Translations under genes and position numbers: made by a program
From: Dehalococcoidia bacterium
GTDB lineage: Bacteria; Chloroflexota; Dehalococcoidia; Lucifugimonadales; QGNO01
Reading direction: 5' to 3'
NCBI GenBank assembly: GCA_965261825.1
Contig: CBDHED010000004.1
Span: 73,458-137,457 of the forward strand
DNA length: 64,000 nt
Notes under the pieces: generated by a model
What the model saw: only the letters and a program-made list of their open reading frames with translations
What the model was told of the DNA's origin: nothing
Databases searched by the model: none
Part shown: positions 19,781 through 30,025 of the stretch, in pieces
How positions within the stretch are numbered: the first letter of the stretch is position 1
How the letters are laid out: every line of letters begins with the position of its first letter

Positions 19781-19817
19781 GCCCGCGTGATGAGACCCGG
19801 AAAAGTAGAGAGGTGAT

Positions 19818-21587
19818 ATGGCAACTCAAGCCGCACAAACAGTTATCATCCCCCCAGTAATAGAAGAGATAGACGAATATGAGCATGAAGTCCGTCGCTT
19901 CCGCGACGGGGGATGGGAACCTGATCAGTTCATGGCTTGGCGTCTGCTAAGAGGAGTTTACGGTCAGCGCCAGCCCGATGCGCAGATGTTCCGAGTCAAA
20001 ATCCCCTACGGCGGCCTTAACGCCGACCAGATCGATGCTCTGGGAGTTATCGCCAGAGATCATACGCACTTGAAGAAGGGCCACTTCACCACGCGCGAAA
20101 ACATGCAGTTCCACCACATGAGCCTGGAGGGGACCGCGGAGTCAATGCGGGTCCTTGCAGAGGTGGGACTAACCACTCGTGAGGCATGCGGCAACACGGT
20201 GCGCAACGTAGTGGGATGTCCCATGGCGGGGGTCTGCCCGGATGAGCCCTTTGACATGACACCGTACGCCGCTGCCTATGCCAGGTACTTTGTGCGGCAC
20301 CCCGTCACCCAAAAGATGCCCAGAAAGATCAAGAGCGCCTTTTCCGGGTGCGAAAACGACTGCGCCATAACCGCCATTCACGACGTTGGCTTCCTGCCCG
20401 CCAAGAAGAACGGGCAGTGGGGCCTGAAAATGGTAATGGGCGGCGGCCTTTCCATTATGCCTCGCATTGCCCCTACCCTCTACGAATTCCTGCCGTTCGA
20501 CGAGTACCTGAAGGTCTGCGAGGCAGCCCTGAGAGTCTTCGATAAGTCGCAAGAGCTACGCAAGAACCGGATGAAGGCCAGGGTCAAGTTCCTCATAGAC
20601 CGCATAGGCATAGACGAATTCCGCAAGCTGGTAGAGGAAGAACTGAAGGGAGAATGGGCACAGAAGTCCTTTGATCCCACCCCCTGGATGGACATCCCCG
20701 AAGAAGAGTTGGACGCACCCAATCCCGCCGTCTTTGAGAATGGCGATGCTTCGCACGGCAGCAACGACCCAGAATATCAAGAGTGGCTCAGAACCAGCGT
20801 AACCGCGCAAAGGCAAGCGGGATACAACACCGTTCTGATCAAGATCCCCATAGGCGACGTATTTCATCACCAGTTTCCCAAACTGGCCGACATTACAAGA
20901 GATTACGCCGGCAGCAGGGCGCGTGTTACCCAGGGTCAGAACCTGATGCTGCGCTGGGTGCCCGACTCGGCTCTGCGCAGGGTATGGGAGGACTTGAATG
21001 ACGTCGGCTTTGGCGAGTCCGGGGTCGATGAGATCTCGGACGTAACGTCCTGCCCGGGCACCGACAGCTGCAAGCTGGGCATCACCTCTTCGATGGGGCT
21101 GGGCTGGGAGCTCCGCCGGACACTCCTGGAAGAGGTTGATATCACCGACCCCCTAGTTCGCGGCATGCACATCAAGATGAGCGGCTGTCCCAACTCCTGC
21201 GGCCAGCATCACATAGCCAACATAGGCTTCCATGGCGGCTCGATGAAAGGACCCGGCGGACAGCAGGTGCCATCCTACGAGATGTTCGTTGGCGGCGGCT
21301 ACGAAAACGGCGACGCCCGCATTGGGCAGAGACTGAAAGGGAAAGTCCCGGCCAAACGGGCGCCGACCATGCTGAAAGAGGTCATCCAGTTCTACAAGGA
21401 TACTCGCGTGGACAATGAAGCGTTCAACACCTTTGTGGACCGCGTAGGCGTGGGGCCCTTGCAGGAGATAACGGCCAAACATTCAAAGCTGGTCGAACTC
21501 AACAGAGATACCATAGACCTGTACATGGACTGGGAACGCACCACGCTGTACAAGGTAGAACGCGGAGAAGGCGAATGCGCCGTCTGA
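19818..21587 (+). CDS. Siroheme sulfite (nitrite/sulfite family) reductase hemoprotein
   Basis: TTRENMQ, ACGNTVRN, CPGTDSC and SGCPNSCGQH ligand motifs; operon with cysH/cysC/sat. Confidence 0.92.
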   Translation: MATQAAQTVIIPPVIEEIDEYEHEVRRFRDGGWEPDQFMAWRLLRGVYGQRQPDAQMFRVKIPYGGLNADQIDALGVIARDHTHLKKGHFTTRENMQFHHMSLEGTAESMRVLAEVGLTTREACGNTVRNVVGCPMAGVCPDEPFDMTPYAAAYARYFVRHPVTQKMPRKIKSAFSGCENDCAITAIHDVGFLPAKKNGQWGLKMVMGGGLSIMPRIAPTLYEFLPFDEYLKVCEAALRVFDKSQELRKNRMKARVKFLIDRIGIDEFRKLVEEELKGEWAQKSFDPTPWMDIPEEELDAPNPAVFENGDASHGSNDPEYQEWLRTSVTAQRQAGYNTVLIKIPIGDVFHHQFPKLADITRDYAGSRARVTQGQNLMLRWVPDSALRRVWEDLNDVGFGESGVDEISDVTSCPGTDSCKLGITSSMGLGWELRRTLLEEVDITDPLVRGMHIKMSGCPNSCGQHHIANIGFHGGSMKGPGGQQVPSYEMFVGGGYENGDARIGQRLKGKVPAKRAPTMLKEVIQFYKDTRVDNEAFNTFVDRVGVGPLQEITAKHSKLVELNRDTIDLYMDWERTTLYKVERGEGECAV

Positions 21588-21604
21588 TCTTGGGTTACGC
21601 GGGT

Positions 21605-21700
21605 TTGAATAAACCGTTCCTCAGTTTCGCTGATACTTGCACATGTTCTTGTATGTGCTCCTGTTCTTGCCTTAAAGGGGGACGTATAAGGTTTGCCTGA
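21605..21700 (+). CDS. Cys-rich leader peptide 2 (MNKPFLSFADTCTCSCMCSCSCLKGGRIRFA)
   Basis: TTG start (alternative ATG at 21653); six Cys codons at alternating positions 21638-21670; followed by a terminator and cysH. Confidence 0.72.
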   Translation: MNKPFLSFADTCTCSCMCSCSCLKGGRIRFA

Positions 21701-21728
21701 CGCCTGATTCAAACGACAAACGAAGTCT

Positions 21729-21767
21729 GCCCCCCTTTTAGGAACAATCCAAGGGGGGCTTTATTTT
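21729..21767 (+). terminator. Attenuator terminator 2
   Basis: GCCCCCCTT...AAGGGGGGC stem (inner GGA-acaa-TCC) followed by TTTATTTT, just upstream of the cysH SD. Confidence 0.82.
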
Positions 21768-21788
21768 GCAGGAGAGGAGATCACTTAA

Positions 21789-22514
21789 TTGGTAATACAA
21801 GCAGAAACCGGGGTGGAGGAAGACCTTCATCTGGAAGCATTGACGCTGGAACACGCCAGTCCACAGGAAATCCTAGAGTGGGGGTTCAGACGCTACCATC
21901 CGGACATCACCCTGGCATGCAGCTTTGGCGGTGTCACCGGCATGGCATTGCTGGATATGGCGGTCAAGATAGAGCCTGAAGTTAACGTGTTCTACCTGGA
22001 CACCGGCTTCCTATTTCCTGAAACCTATTCACTGCTGGAGCAGACGAAACAACGATACGAAATAGAGCCAGTGGCTTACAGGTCTCGATGGTCTCCGCGT
22101 GACCAGGCTCACGAGTTTGGCGAGGAGCTATGGAAGCACAACCCGGACCTCTGCTGTGAGATCCGCAAGGTGGAACCCAATCTACGCGCCTTGGATGGCA
22201 AAAGGGCCTGGATTGCCGGGCTTCGCCGCGATCAGGCTTCTACGAGAAGGAGCCTCAAGGTAGTGGAATGGGACGAGAGGTTCGGGCTGGTCAAGCTGAA
22301 CCCGCTCGCGGCATGGTCCGAAGCACAAGTGGTGGAATATATCCGTGCAAACAATGTCCCGTACAATCCCCTCTACGACAATGGATACCCGAGCATTGGC
22401 TGTATGCAGTGCACCAGGGCGGTCAAGCCGGGAGAAGACCAGAGGGCCGGACGGTGGGCAGGCTCCTCTAAAGTCGAATGCGGACTCCACCTGTCCCCTC
22501 AGGAGATATCATGA
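21789..22514 (+). CDS. cysH: APS/PAPS reductase
   Basis: [40 protein letters not shown]. Confidence 0.94.
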   Translation: MVIQAETGVEEDLHLEALTLEHASPQEILEWGFRRYHPDITLACSFGGVTGMALLDMAVKIEPEVNVFYLDTGFLFPETYSLLEQTKQRYEIEPVAYRSRWSPRDQAHEFGEELWKHNPDLCCEIRKVEPNLRALDGKRAWIAGLRRDQASTRRSLKVVEWDERFGLVKLNPLAAWSEAQVVEYIRANNVPYNPLYDNGYPSIGCMQCTRAVKPGEDQRAGRWAGSSKVECGLHLSPQEIS

Positions 22515-23107
22515 CCCAAACCAAATCACCATATCTGAACCGCGGCGCAACCATCTGGCTTACCGGCCTCTCCGGCGCCGGCAAGAGCACGATAGCCCAA
22601 GAGCTATACGGTCACCTGAAGGGGCTGGGTAAACGGGTAGAGGTCCTGGACGGTGACGTGATACGGACCAACCTCAGCAAGGGCTTGGGCTTCAGCAAGG
22701 AAGACCGGGACACCAACATCAGGAGAATAGGCTTTGTAAGCAAGCTTCTAACCAGAAACGGGGTGACCGTCATAGTGGCGGCGATCTCTCCCTACCGCGA
22801 GGTCCGTGATGAGATCCGCAACGAGATCGGAGACTTCATAGAGGTGTTCGTTGACTGCCCCCTGGATGAGCTGGTCAAGCGAGATGTGAAAGGGCTCTAT
22901 GCAAAGGCGCTTGCCGGTGAGTTGCCCAATTTCACAGGCGTCTCCGACCCCTATGAGGAACCTTTGAACCCAGAGGTCTCTCTTAGCACAGACAACGAGT
23001 CTGTGGAGGAGAGCAACTGCAAAGTCCTGGGCAAGCTCCAAGAACTGGGATATCTTCCCGCGGAAGAGGTCTCATTTCATCTGGCCGGGTTGCCCACAGA
23101 CAACTAG
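22511..23107 (+). CDS. cysC: Adenylyl-sulfate kinase
   Basis: [26 protein letters not shown] at 22511 with AGGAG SD. Confidence 0.96.
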   Translation: MTQTKSPYLNRGATIWLTGLSGAGKSTIAQELYGHLKGLGKRVEVLDGDVIRTNLSKGLGFSKEDRDTNIRRIGFVSKLLTRNGVTVIVAAISPYREVRDEIRNEIGDFIEVFVDCPLDELVKRDVKGLYAKALAGELPNFTGVSDPYEEPLNPEVSLSTDNESVEESNCKVLGKLQELGYLPAEEVSFHLAGLPTDN

Positions 23108-23217
23108 CCCCGCTGTTCCTGTACTAGTGGCAGAAGGATGAAACTCCTGAACGGGCTAGCCTGTGCTGCAAGTGCAATTGAACCAAGAGATTACCAGGGA
23201 GTAAGGAAGGAGAAAGT

Positions 23218-24402
23218 TTGAGTTCGACTACCGCACCAGCACCAGCAATCGTCTCACCTCATGGCGGGACTCTCATAAATCGTAAATTAACTCCTGATGA
23301 AGGAGAGGACTTTTTAGAACGGGCGGAAAGCCTGGCTTCCATTAGACTTGATCCGCGTCAAGCCTCCGACTTGGAGATGATTTCCATAGGAGCGTTCAGC
23401 CCGCTCCAGGGCTTCATGGCTCAGGCGGATTATGAAGAAGTGGTCTCTTCCATGCACCTGGTTTCAGGAGAAGCCTGGTCCATACCAATCACTCTGTCCG
23501 TGGACGGGGAAACGGCGAAGAGTATTTCAGATGGCGCCGAGGTCGCGTTGAGGAACGAGGACGGCAGGCTCATAGGCTCGATGATAGTCGAGGAGAAATA
23601 TACCTATGATGGGGAGAAAGAGGCCCGCTTGGTGTACCGCACAACGGACGAGACCCACCCCGGAGTGGCGAACCTATACGCTCAAGGCCCGGTTCTGCTG
23701 GGAGGTCCAGTACGATACCTGGAACAGCCACGCAAGCTAGCGCCATTTCACGAGTACAGGTTTGAACCGGAGGAAACGCGCCAGCGGTTCGTAGAACTTG
23801 GATGGAGGACGGTGGTGGGCTTTCAGACGAGGAATCCCGTACACAGAGCCCACGAATACCTGCAAAAGTGCGCCCTGGAAATCGTCGATGGGCTTCTGCT
23901 TCATCCCCTGGTGGGCGCCACCAAGGACGACGACATACCGGCAGAGGTGCGTATGAGATGCTACGTGGCCATCTTGGAGAAATACTATCCCAAGAACCGT
24001 GTGCTCCTTTCCGTCAATCCCGCCTTCATGCGCTATGCAGGGCCAAGAGAAGCCATATTCCACGCCCTGGTGAGGAAAAACTACGGTTGCTCTCATTTCA
24101 TAGTAGGCAGAGACCACGCCGGCGTTGGCAGCTACTACGGCACCTACGACGCTCAACACATATTCAGCGAGTTCAAACCTGGCGAACTGGGCATACAACC
24201 CCTCTTCTTTGAAAACTCCTTCTACTGCAAAGAGTGTAGAAGCATGGGTACGTCCAAGACCTGTCCGCACGACGACGACTCACATGTCTTCTTAAGCGGG
24301 ACGCAAGTCAGGGCTATGCTGAGCCGCGGGGAGCTTCCGCCCGAGGAGTTCACCCGGCCTGAGGTGGCGTCGATACTAGCGGAGGCGTACAGGGAGGGCT
24401 AA
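23218..24402 (+). CDS. sat: Sulfate adenylyltransferase
   Basis: [32 protein letters not shown]. Confidence 0.96.
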   Translation: MSSTTAPAPAIVSPHGGTLINRKLTPDEGEDFLERAESLASIRLDPRQASDLEMISIGAFSPLQGFMAQADYEEVVSSMHLVSGEAWSIPITLSVDGETAKSISDGAEVALRNEDGRLIGSMIVEEKYTYDGEKEARLVYRTTDETHPGVANLYAQGPVLLGGPVRYLEQPRKLAPFHEYRFEPEETRQRFVELGWRTVVGFQTRNPVHRAHEYLQKCALEIVDGLLLHPLVGATKDDDIPAEVRMRCYVAILEKYYPKNRVLLSVNPAFMRYAGPREAIFHALVRKNYGCSHFIVGRDHAGVGSYYGTYDAQHIFSEFKPGELGIQPLFFENSFYCKECRSMGTSKTCPHDDDSHVFLSGTQVRAMLSRGELPPEEFTRPEVASILAEAYREG

Positions 24403-24794
24403 CGGCGCTGGAGCTTCCTGCGCAGCTTCTCCCACAGATTGGCGGGAGGCGGCTGGTCAATAGGCTGACCCCGCCATCTCTTCTCATAGGAGCCGCTGGG
24501 ATTGATGAAGAACAGGGCATAGCCCAGTATGAAGATAACCACGGCTCCCCAGCCAATCAGAGGCGCCAGAAGGCCGGGCATACTGGAATGGAACAGCAGC
24601 GCGATGAGAAGCAAGGCCACGCTTGCCAGCATTATTCTTCCTGGGGTGATACTCCATCCCTTGCCGGCAAAGAACCGGAGCAGTGCCTTGAACAGCCCAC
24701 GACTGGACCTTGGCTTCTTGGGCTCAACCGTTTCGTACTGCCCATCTATTTGACTTAGTAAGTCCTCGATCTCGCGTCGATACTTCTCCGGCAT
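24399..24794 (-). CDS. Small membrane protein, unknown function
   Basis: Strong GGAGG SD, two hydrophobic segments, KRWRG motif. Confidence 0.65.
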   Translation of the reverse strand: MPEKYRREIEDLLSQIDGQYETVEPKKPRSSRGLFKALLRFFAGKGWSITPGRIMLASVALLLIALLFHSSMPGLLAPLIGWGAVVIFILGYALFFINPSGSYEKRWRGQPIDQPPPANLWEKLRRKLQRR

Positions 24795-24960
24795 ACCCCC
24801 TCCTCCCAACGAGTGGAACGCGCTTTTTCAACGTCTCATCGAGAAAAACTTTTCTATGAATGGATACGTGGCCCGGCATTTTCCAGGGTTCCCAAGTATA
24901 TCATACAGAAGGGCTAATCTAACGGCCAAATGCGGATTATAATATACTGTAGGAGGGTTG

Positions 24961-25026
24961 CCACCACCCCTGGATACCCGCCCCCGCATCAAGTGTGGGG
25001 CAAGCTGCGCGGGTATGACGGTGGGG
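24961..25026. repeat. REP-like palindromic element (family B) with nested hairpin
   Basis: CTGGATACCCGC-CCCCGCA-tcaag-TGTGGGG-caagct-GCGCGGGTATGACG. Confidence 0.65.
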
Positions 25027-25048
25027 CAACCAAGGAGTTGAATAGTCG

Positions 25049-25753
25049 ATGTTCGATAATCTTCCCATATTTTACGCCTTCTCAGCCGGCATGGTGGCCA
25101 CCATCAACCCTTGCGGATTTGCCATGCTTCCGGCTTATATTGCGTACCATCTTGGCCTTGCAGACGAATCGAAGAGCGTGCTGGCCCGTTCCACGTACGG
25201 AACGGGTATGGGTCTGGTGGCCACGCTGGGGTTCGTTACGCTGTTTGGCAGTGTGGGGCTGATCATTTCGGCGGGCGGAAGGTTCATAATAGAGTTCTTC
25301 CCCTACTGGGGCCTGGGAGTAGGAATCTTTCTAGTTCTTCTTGGGCTATTCCTACTCATTAGCAGAAAGCACATCAGCATTCTAGCAGCCAGCCGGTTTC
25401 AAGGGCCAAGGACAATCAAGGGCGTGCGGGGATTCTACCTGTTCGGCATTGGCTACGGTTTAGCCTCACTTAGCTGCACGCTGCCCATATTTCTGGTGGT
25501 GGTAGGCAGTGCGCTCGGCCTGGGAGGGATAGTGCCCGGCATGATCCAGTTCGTCAGCTATGGACTGGGCATGGGCGCAATAATAATCGGCGTTACCCTG
25601 AGCGTTGTCTTCTTCAAGACCGCAGTGGCCAACGGTCTACGGGTCATCATGCCTCACGTTGAAACCATAGGCGCCGCGGCGCTGGTCCTGACGGGCGGAT
25701 ACTTGGTGTACTACTGGACACTCGGTTCGGGGAAAGAGCTCCTCTTTACCTAG
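25049..25753 (+). CDS. ccdA: CcdA/DsbD transmembrane electron-transfer protein
   Basis: NPCGFAMLPAY and SLSCTLP Cys motifs; six hydrophobic segments. Confidence 0.85.
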   Translation: MFDNLPIFYAFSAGMVATINPCGFAMLPAYIAYHLGLADESKSVLARSTYGTGMGLVATLGFVTLFGSVGLIISAGGRFIIEFFPYWGLGVGIFLVLLGLFLLISRKHISILAASRFQGPRTIKGVRGFYLFGIGYGLASLSCTLPIFLVVVGSALGLGGIVPGMIQFVSYGLGMGAIIIGVTLSVVFFKTAVANGLRVIMPHVETIGAAALVLTGGYLVYYWTLGSGKELLFT

Positions 25754-25764
25754 CTCCACCCATT

Positions 25765-27192
25765 CTAGGCGTCGCCGGTCACTTGGTATTCCTTGGGCAG
25801 TTCCGCAGGCCTTAGGGAGCCCTTCACCAACCGTATCGCTTTGTCCGGGTATACCGTGGAGAGCAGACCGCCGGCGTACATCATGTAGCTGGCGTCAACC
25901 ATAAGCCGTGGCTGTTTGGGGCGCAGGGAAAACGGATCGTTGCGATCGAACAGGCATTCGGCCATTATGATCTCCGGATTGCGCCCAAAGGCAATAACGC
26001 CGCCGGTCCCTATCAGCGTGCCCACCTGGGTGAGGTCTTTACCCCTCTGCGCCATAACGGTTGTGCCAAAGTCGGTCCTGGCCGTTTCCAGCCGGCCGGC
26101 ATGGCGCTCCGCGGCAATGAAAGAGGCGGCGGCGGCCATCTTGGTATCCATTTCCCATTCATCTAAGACGTGGGGCAAAGTGGAGGTATTGGAGGTGAGG
26201 TATTCCATGCGTAGAAGGGCTTCGTTGCTCTCCAGCGCCATTCGAATATTCCTGGGCATGATGCTACGACTCACGGCATCAATCAAAGATCTGGCGCTGA
26301 CGCGCAACCCAAGGTCGCCTTCCACGGTCCGTTTGGCAAACGGCTCGTCAAGGCCCATCATCCTGACCTCCGCCTCCACCGGCAGGCCGCTGGCAGCGGT
26401 GTGGACGTCCGTGGTGGCGCCGCCTACGTCTACGACCATTGTGTCGCCAATCCCCGGCTCCGTATCAGTGCCCAAGGCCAAGAGGTCAGTCATTTTGAGC
26501 ACGGCCATTGGCGTGGGCATTACCAGGTTGCCCACGTAATCAACCGCTCGTTCCAGCCCCTTGGCCTCTACGATGTGCTTGACGAAGACCTCGCGAATCA
26601 TCTCTCTGGCGGGATCAACATTGAGGGTATTCATCTCCGGCATCACGTTTTGGCATAGGTATGTCTGATGCCCCCCTTGTCTCAATATCTGGCCTACTTC
26701 ATCGCTTGCGTCTACGTTGCCGGCGACGACCACGGGCGCTTTCACTTTGGAGGACGCTATCTGCTGGGCATTTTGCAGGATGACCTCCCTATTCCCGCCA
26801 TCCACACCACCTGCTAGGAGTATGATGTCGGGGTTTGTCTCTTCCAACTGCCTGACTTTCCCGTGATTCAATCCCCTGTCAAACACGTCGATCACTTTGG
26901 CCCCGGCGCCAAGAGCCGCCCGGTTGGCGGCTTCCGAGGTCAGCCTGGCAATTAGGCCCACGGCGACCATGCGCAGACCCCCGGCAGCGCTGGAGGAAGC
27001 TAGCTTGAGCGAGACGTTGTCCAGGTTTATCCGGGACTTGAGCAATTCCAGCGCCCGGAAAAGGCCCTGTAGCACGTCCGTGTCCACCGTACTGGGCGCC
27101 TGCGCCCTACCTATAGAACGGTCCGTTTCAAGATCTACCGCTGTGACTTTGGTATAAGTACTACCAAAATCTATGAGGAGAGCCAGAGACAT
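25765..27192 (-). CDS. glmL: Glutamate/methylaspartate mutase accessory protein (GlmL/MutL family)
   Basis: IDFGSTYTK, SSSAAGGL, MPTP, VDVGGATTDVH, RTVEGDLG. Confidence 0.85.
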   Translation of the reverse strand: MSLALLIDFGSTYTKVTAVDLETDRSIGRAQAPSTVDTDVLQGLFRALELLKSRINLDNVSLKLASSSAAGGLRMVAVGLIARLTSEAANRAALGAGAKVIDVFDRGLNHGKVRQLEETNPDIILLAGGVDGGNREVILQNAQQIASSKVKAPVVVAGNVDASDEVGQILRQGGHQTYLCQNVMPEMNTLNVDPAREMIREVFVKHIVEAKGLERAVDYVGNLVMPTPMAVLKMTDLLALGTDTEPGIGDTMVVDVGGATTDVHTAASGLPVEAEVRMMGLDEPFAKRTVEGDLGLRVSARSLIDAVSRSIMPRNIRMALESNEALLRMEYLTSNTSTLPHVLDEWEMDTKMAAAASFIAAERHAGRLETARTDFGTTVMAQRGKDLTQVGTLIGTGGVIAFGRNPEIIMAECLFDRNDPFSLRPKQPRLMVDASYMMYAGGLLSTVYPDKAIRLVKGSLRPAELPKEYQVTGDA

Positions 27193-27214
27193 ACTGCACC
27201 TTACACCGGCTTGG

Positions 27215-28690
27215 TTAAACCGGTCGCCACCTGAGATCCGGCTGACGCGCAGCGCGGGCCTCATCCAAGCGAGATACCGGGGTTGTGTACGGGGCGTTGT
27301 GGAGAAGATCGGGGTCTTCCTCAGCCTCACGCGCTATGCTTAGCATTGCGTCTATGAAAGCGTCCAACGTCTCCTTGCTTTCGGACTCGGTGGGTTCAAC
27401 CATTAGAGCTTCGTCCACAATGAGCGGGAAGTACATGGTGGGCGCGTGAAAACCGTAGTCCAACAATCTCTTGGCAATATCCAAACCTCGCACGCCGTTT
27501 TTCTTCTGCCGGCTGGCGGACAACACGACTTCATGCATACAGAGACGATCGTAGGAAAGGTCGTAATCAGACCTCAGTTTGGCCAATAGATAGTTGGCGT
27601 TGATAACCGCATTTTCGCTGATCTGGCGAAGGCCATCTGCGCCCAACGAGCGGATGTAAGTGTAGGCCCTCACCAGTACACCGAAGTTCCCGTGGAACGC
27701 ACCCAATTTGCCTATGGTATGCGGCGCGGCTCCCAGGACGTACCGCTCACACTGAGACGATTCTTCCCTAGACACCACCGGGGCAGGCAAGAACGGCGCC
27801 AGCTTGTCCCCCACGGATACAGGTCCGGCACCGGGTCCGCCGCCGCCGTGAGGCGTACTGAAGGTCTTGTGCAGATTGATGTGGACAACGTCGAATCCCA
27901 GGTCGCCCAGCTTGGTCTGGCCCAAAATAGCGTTCATGTTGGCGCCATCGCCGTATACAAGGCCTCCGGCTTTGTGCACTGCGGCGCATATTTCCAAAAT
28001 GTCCGTTTCAAACAGGCCCAACGTACTGGGCAAAGTGAGCATAATGCCGGCCAGATCTTCGCCTACCGACTCTTTCAACGCGACTATGTCCATGTTTCCG
28101 CGGTCGTCGGAAGGAATGGCCTTGACCTCGAATCCGCCCATAGCCGCCGACGCCGGATTTGTGCCGTGGGCGCTATCCGGTATAAGCATGAGCTTTCGTT
28201 TATCATCGCCTCTGCTGTCATGATAGGCGCGTATCATCAGCACCCCGGCCAGCTCCCCTTGAGCTCCGGCCATGGAGGCCAGGCTGGTAGCTTTCATGCC
28301 GGTTACCTCGGCAAGATAATGCTGCAGCCTGTACATGACCTTCAAAGACCCCTGAGAAAGCTCGGCGGCATTCATGGGATGCAGATGGGCCATGCCAGGC
28401 AGAGACGCCACCATGTCGTTTATCTTGGGGTTGTACTTCATGGTGCAACTGCCCAGCGGATAGAAATTGGTATCGATGGAGTAGTTGAGCTGGCTGAGCC
28501 TGGTGAAGTACCGCACTACCTCAGGCTGCGAAACCTCCGGCAACTCCAGGTCCTCCCTCAATAATCCCGCATCCGGCAGGGGCTGCTCCTCAACGTCAAG
28601 CGCGGGCATGATTATGCCGCGGCGTCCAGCTACGCTACGGTCCATCAGCATACCCGAGTCGGCGATTTCCCTTCTGCTTTCAATTGCCAT
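27215..28690 (-). CDS. gcvPB: Glycine dehydrogenase subunit 2
   Basis: PLGSCTMKYNP, SAHGTNPASA, NLHKTFSTPHGGGGPG. Confidence 0.96.
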   Translation of the reverse strand: MAIESRREIADSGMLMDRSVAGRRGIIMPALDVEEQPLPDAGLLREDLELPEVSQPEVVRYFTRLSQLNYSIDTNFYPLGSCTMKYNPKINDMVASLPGMAHLHPMNAAELSQGSLKVMYRLQHYLAEVTGMKATSLASMAGAQGELAGVLMIRAYHDSRGDDKRKLMLIPDSAHGTNPASAAMGGFEVKAIPSDDRGNMDIVALKESVGEDLAGIMLTLPSTLGLFETDILEICAAVHKAGGLVYGDGANMNAILGQTKLGDLGFDVVHINLHKTFSTPHGGGGPGAGPVSVGDKLAPFLPAPVVSREESSQCERYVLGAAPHTIGKLGAFHGNFGVLVRAYTYIRSLGADGLRQISENAVINANYLLAKLRSDYDLSYDRLCMHEVVLSASRQKKNGVRGLDIAKRLLDYGFHAPTMYFPLIVDEALMVEPTESESKETLDAFIDAMLSIAREAEEDPDLLHNAPYTTPVSRLDEARAARQPDLRWRPV

Positions 28691-28694
28691 TGTG

Positions 28695-30017
28695 CTAAGC
28701 GATCTCCGATAAGGCCTGGGCCAAATCCTCTATCTCGTGCTTTGAGTTGACTTCCGTGACACAGATCAGCAGACCATTGGGCACCTGGTCGCTGACGTCC
28801 AGTCCTCCGATGATTCCCCGTTCCCAAAGAGCGGCGTTGATCTCAGAAGGCGGTATGGGACACTGCACCACGAACTCCTGGAAGAACGTGCCCTCCAGGG
28901 GGAGTGAATAGCCGGGTATCCCCTCTATGAGAGAGGCGGCGTAGTGTGCCTTGTGATAGCAAAGCCGGGCGACCTCCCTAAGGCCGTGCTTGCCCAGCGT
29001 AGCCGTATAGACCGTAGCCATGAGGGCAATCAGAGCGGTGGAAGTGCATATGTTGGAGGTGGCGCGCTCCCGGCGTATGTGCTGTTCTCTTGCCTGAAGA
29101 GTCAGTACATACGCTGTTCGTCCTTGCATATCCACCGTCTTCCCCACAATCCGCCCCGGCATCTGGCGGACAAACTCAGTCCGGCAGGTGAACAGGCCCA
29201 CGTAAGGTCCGCCAAAGCTGATGGGGACTCCAAGGGGCTGGCCCTCCGCGGTAACCATATCCGCACCGTAGCTGCCGGGCGGCTTGAACATGGCGGCGGC
29301 TATTGGATCTGTGGAGGCCACCGCCAGAGCGCCCGCGTCGTGAGCAGTCCTCACAATGCCCTCCACGTCTTCCATATAGCCAAAGAAATTGGGACTCTGT
29401 ACAACAATACACGCCGTATCCGGTTCCAAGCTGAGTGAATTCTGCTCCACCGGATATATCGCAACACCTTGGGGACGGGTATAAGTCCTCAACACCTCAA
29501 CATACGAGGGGGAGACGGTGTCCAGATAGGCCACCTTGTAGCGACGCTTCACCCTGCAGGCCATTAGAGCGCCCTCTGCCAGGCTGCTGGCGCCGTCGTA
29601 CATGCCGGCGTTGGCCACGTCCATATCCAACAGCTGGCCGACCATGGTCTGAAACTCGTAGGCAGCTCTCAAGGTGCCCTGGCTTACCTCCGGCTGATAG
29701 GGCGTATACGCCGTGAGGAACTCTCCTCGACTGGCAATGGATTGTACGGTTGCCGGTATAAAGTGCCGATAAGACCCTGCGCCCAAGAAGCAGGGACCTT
29801 GGAGTGCATGCCTGTTCTCATCGGCAAGCGCTTGCAGTTCTTGACCAAGCTCCAATTCCGACAAAGCCGGCGGAATGTTCAGCGAAGACTGTCGGTAGCC
29901 TTCCGGTATGTCCTCAAACAGCTGACGAACAGACGAAACGCCGATTGCCTTGAGCATCTCCTGGCGATCGGCGATGGTATTGGGTATGTACGGGTGTTGA
30001 AGGGGGACGTTCTCCAT
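28695..30017 (-). CDS. gcvPA: Glycine dehydrogenase subunit 1
   Basis: TAYTPYQPEVSQG, REQHIRRERATSNIC. Confidence 0.96.
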   Translation of the reverse strand: MENVPLQHPYIPNTIADRQEMLKAIGVSSVRQLFEDIPEGYRQSSLNIPPALSELELGQELQALADENRHALQGPCFLGAGSYRHFIPATVQSIASRGEFLTAYTPYQPEVSQGTLRAAYEFQTMVGQLLDMDVANAGMYDGASSLAEGALMACRVKRRYKVAYLDTVSPSYVEVLRTYTRPQGVAIYPVEQNSLSLEPDTACIVVQSPNFFGYMEDVEGIVRTAHDAGALAVASTDPIAAAMFKPPGSYGADMVTAEGQPLGVPISFGGPYVGLFTCRTEFVRQMPGRIVGKTVDMQGRTAYVLTLQAREQHIRRERATSNICTSTALIALMATVYTATLGKHGLREVARLCYHKAHYAASLIEGIPGYSLPLEGTFFQEFVVQCPIPPSEINAALWERGIIGGLDVSDQVPNGLLICVTEVNSKHEIEDLAQALSEIA

Positions 30018-30025
30018 CCGGACTA

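Noticed and set aside
21605..21700. Cys-rich mini-ORFs as RiPP precursors or metallothioneins
   Set aside because: No modifying enzyme or exporter nearby; their position before terminators in a cysteine-supply operon fits leader peptides better
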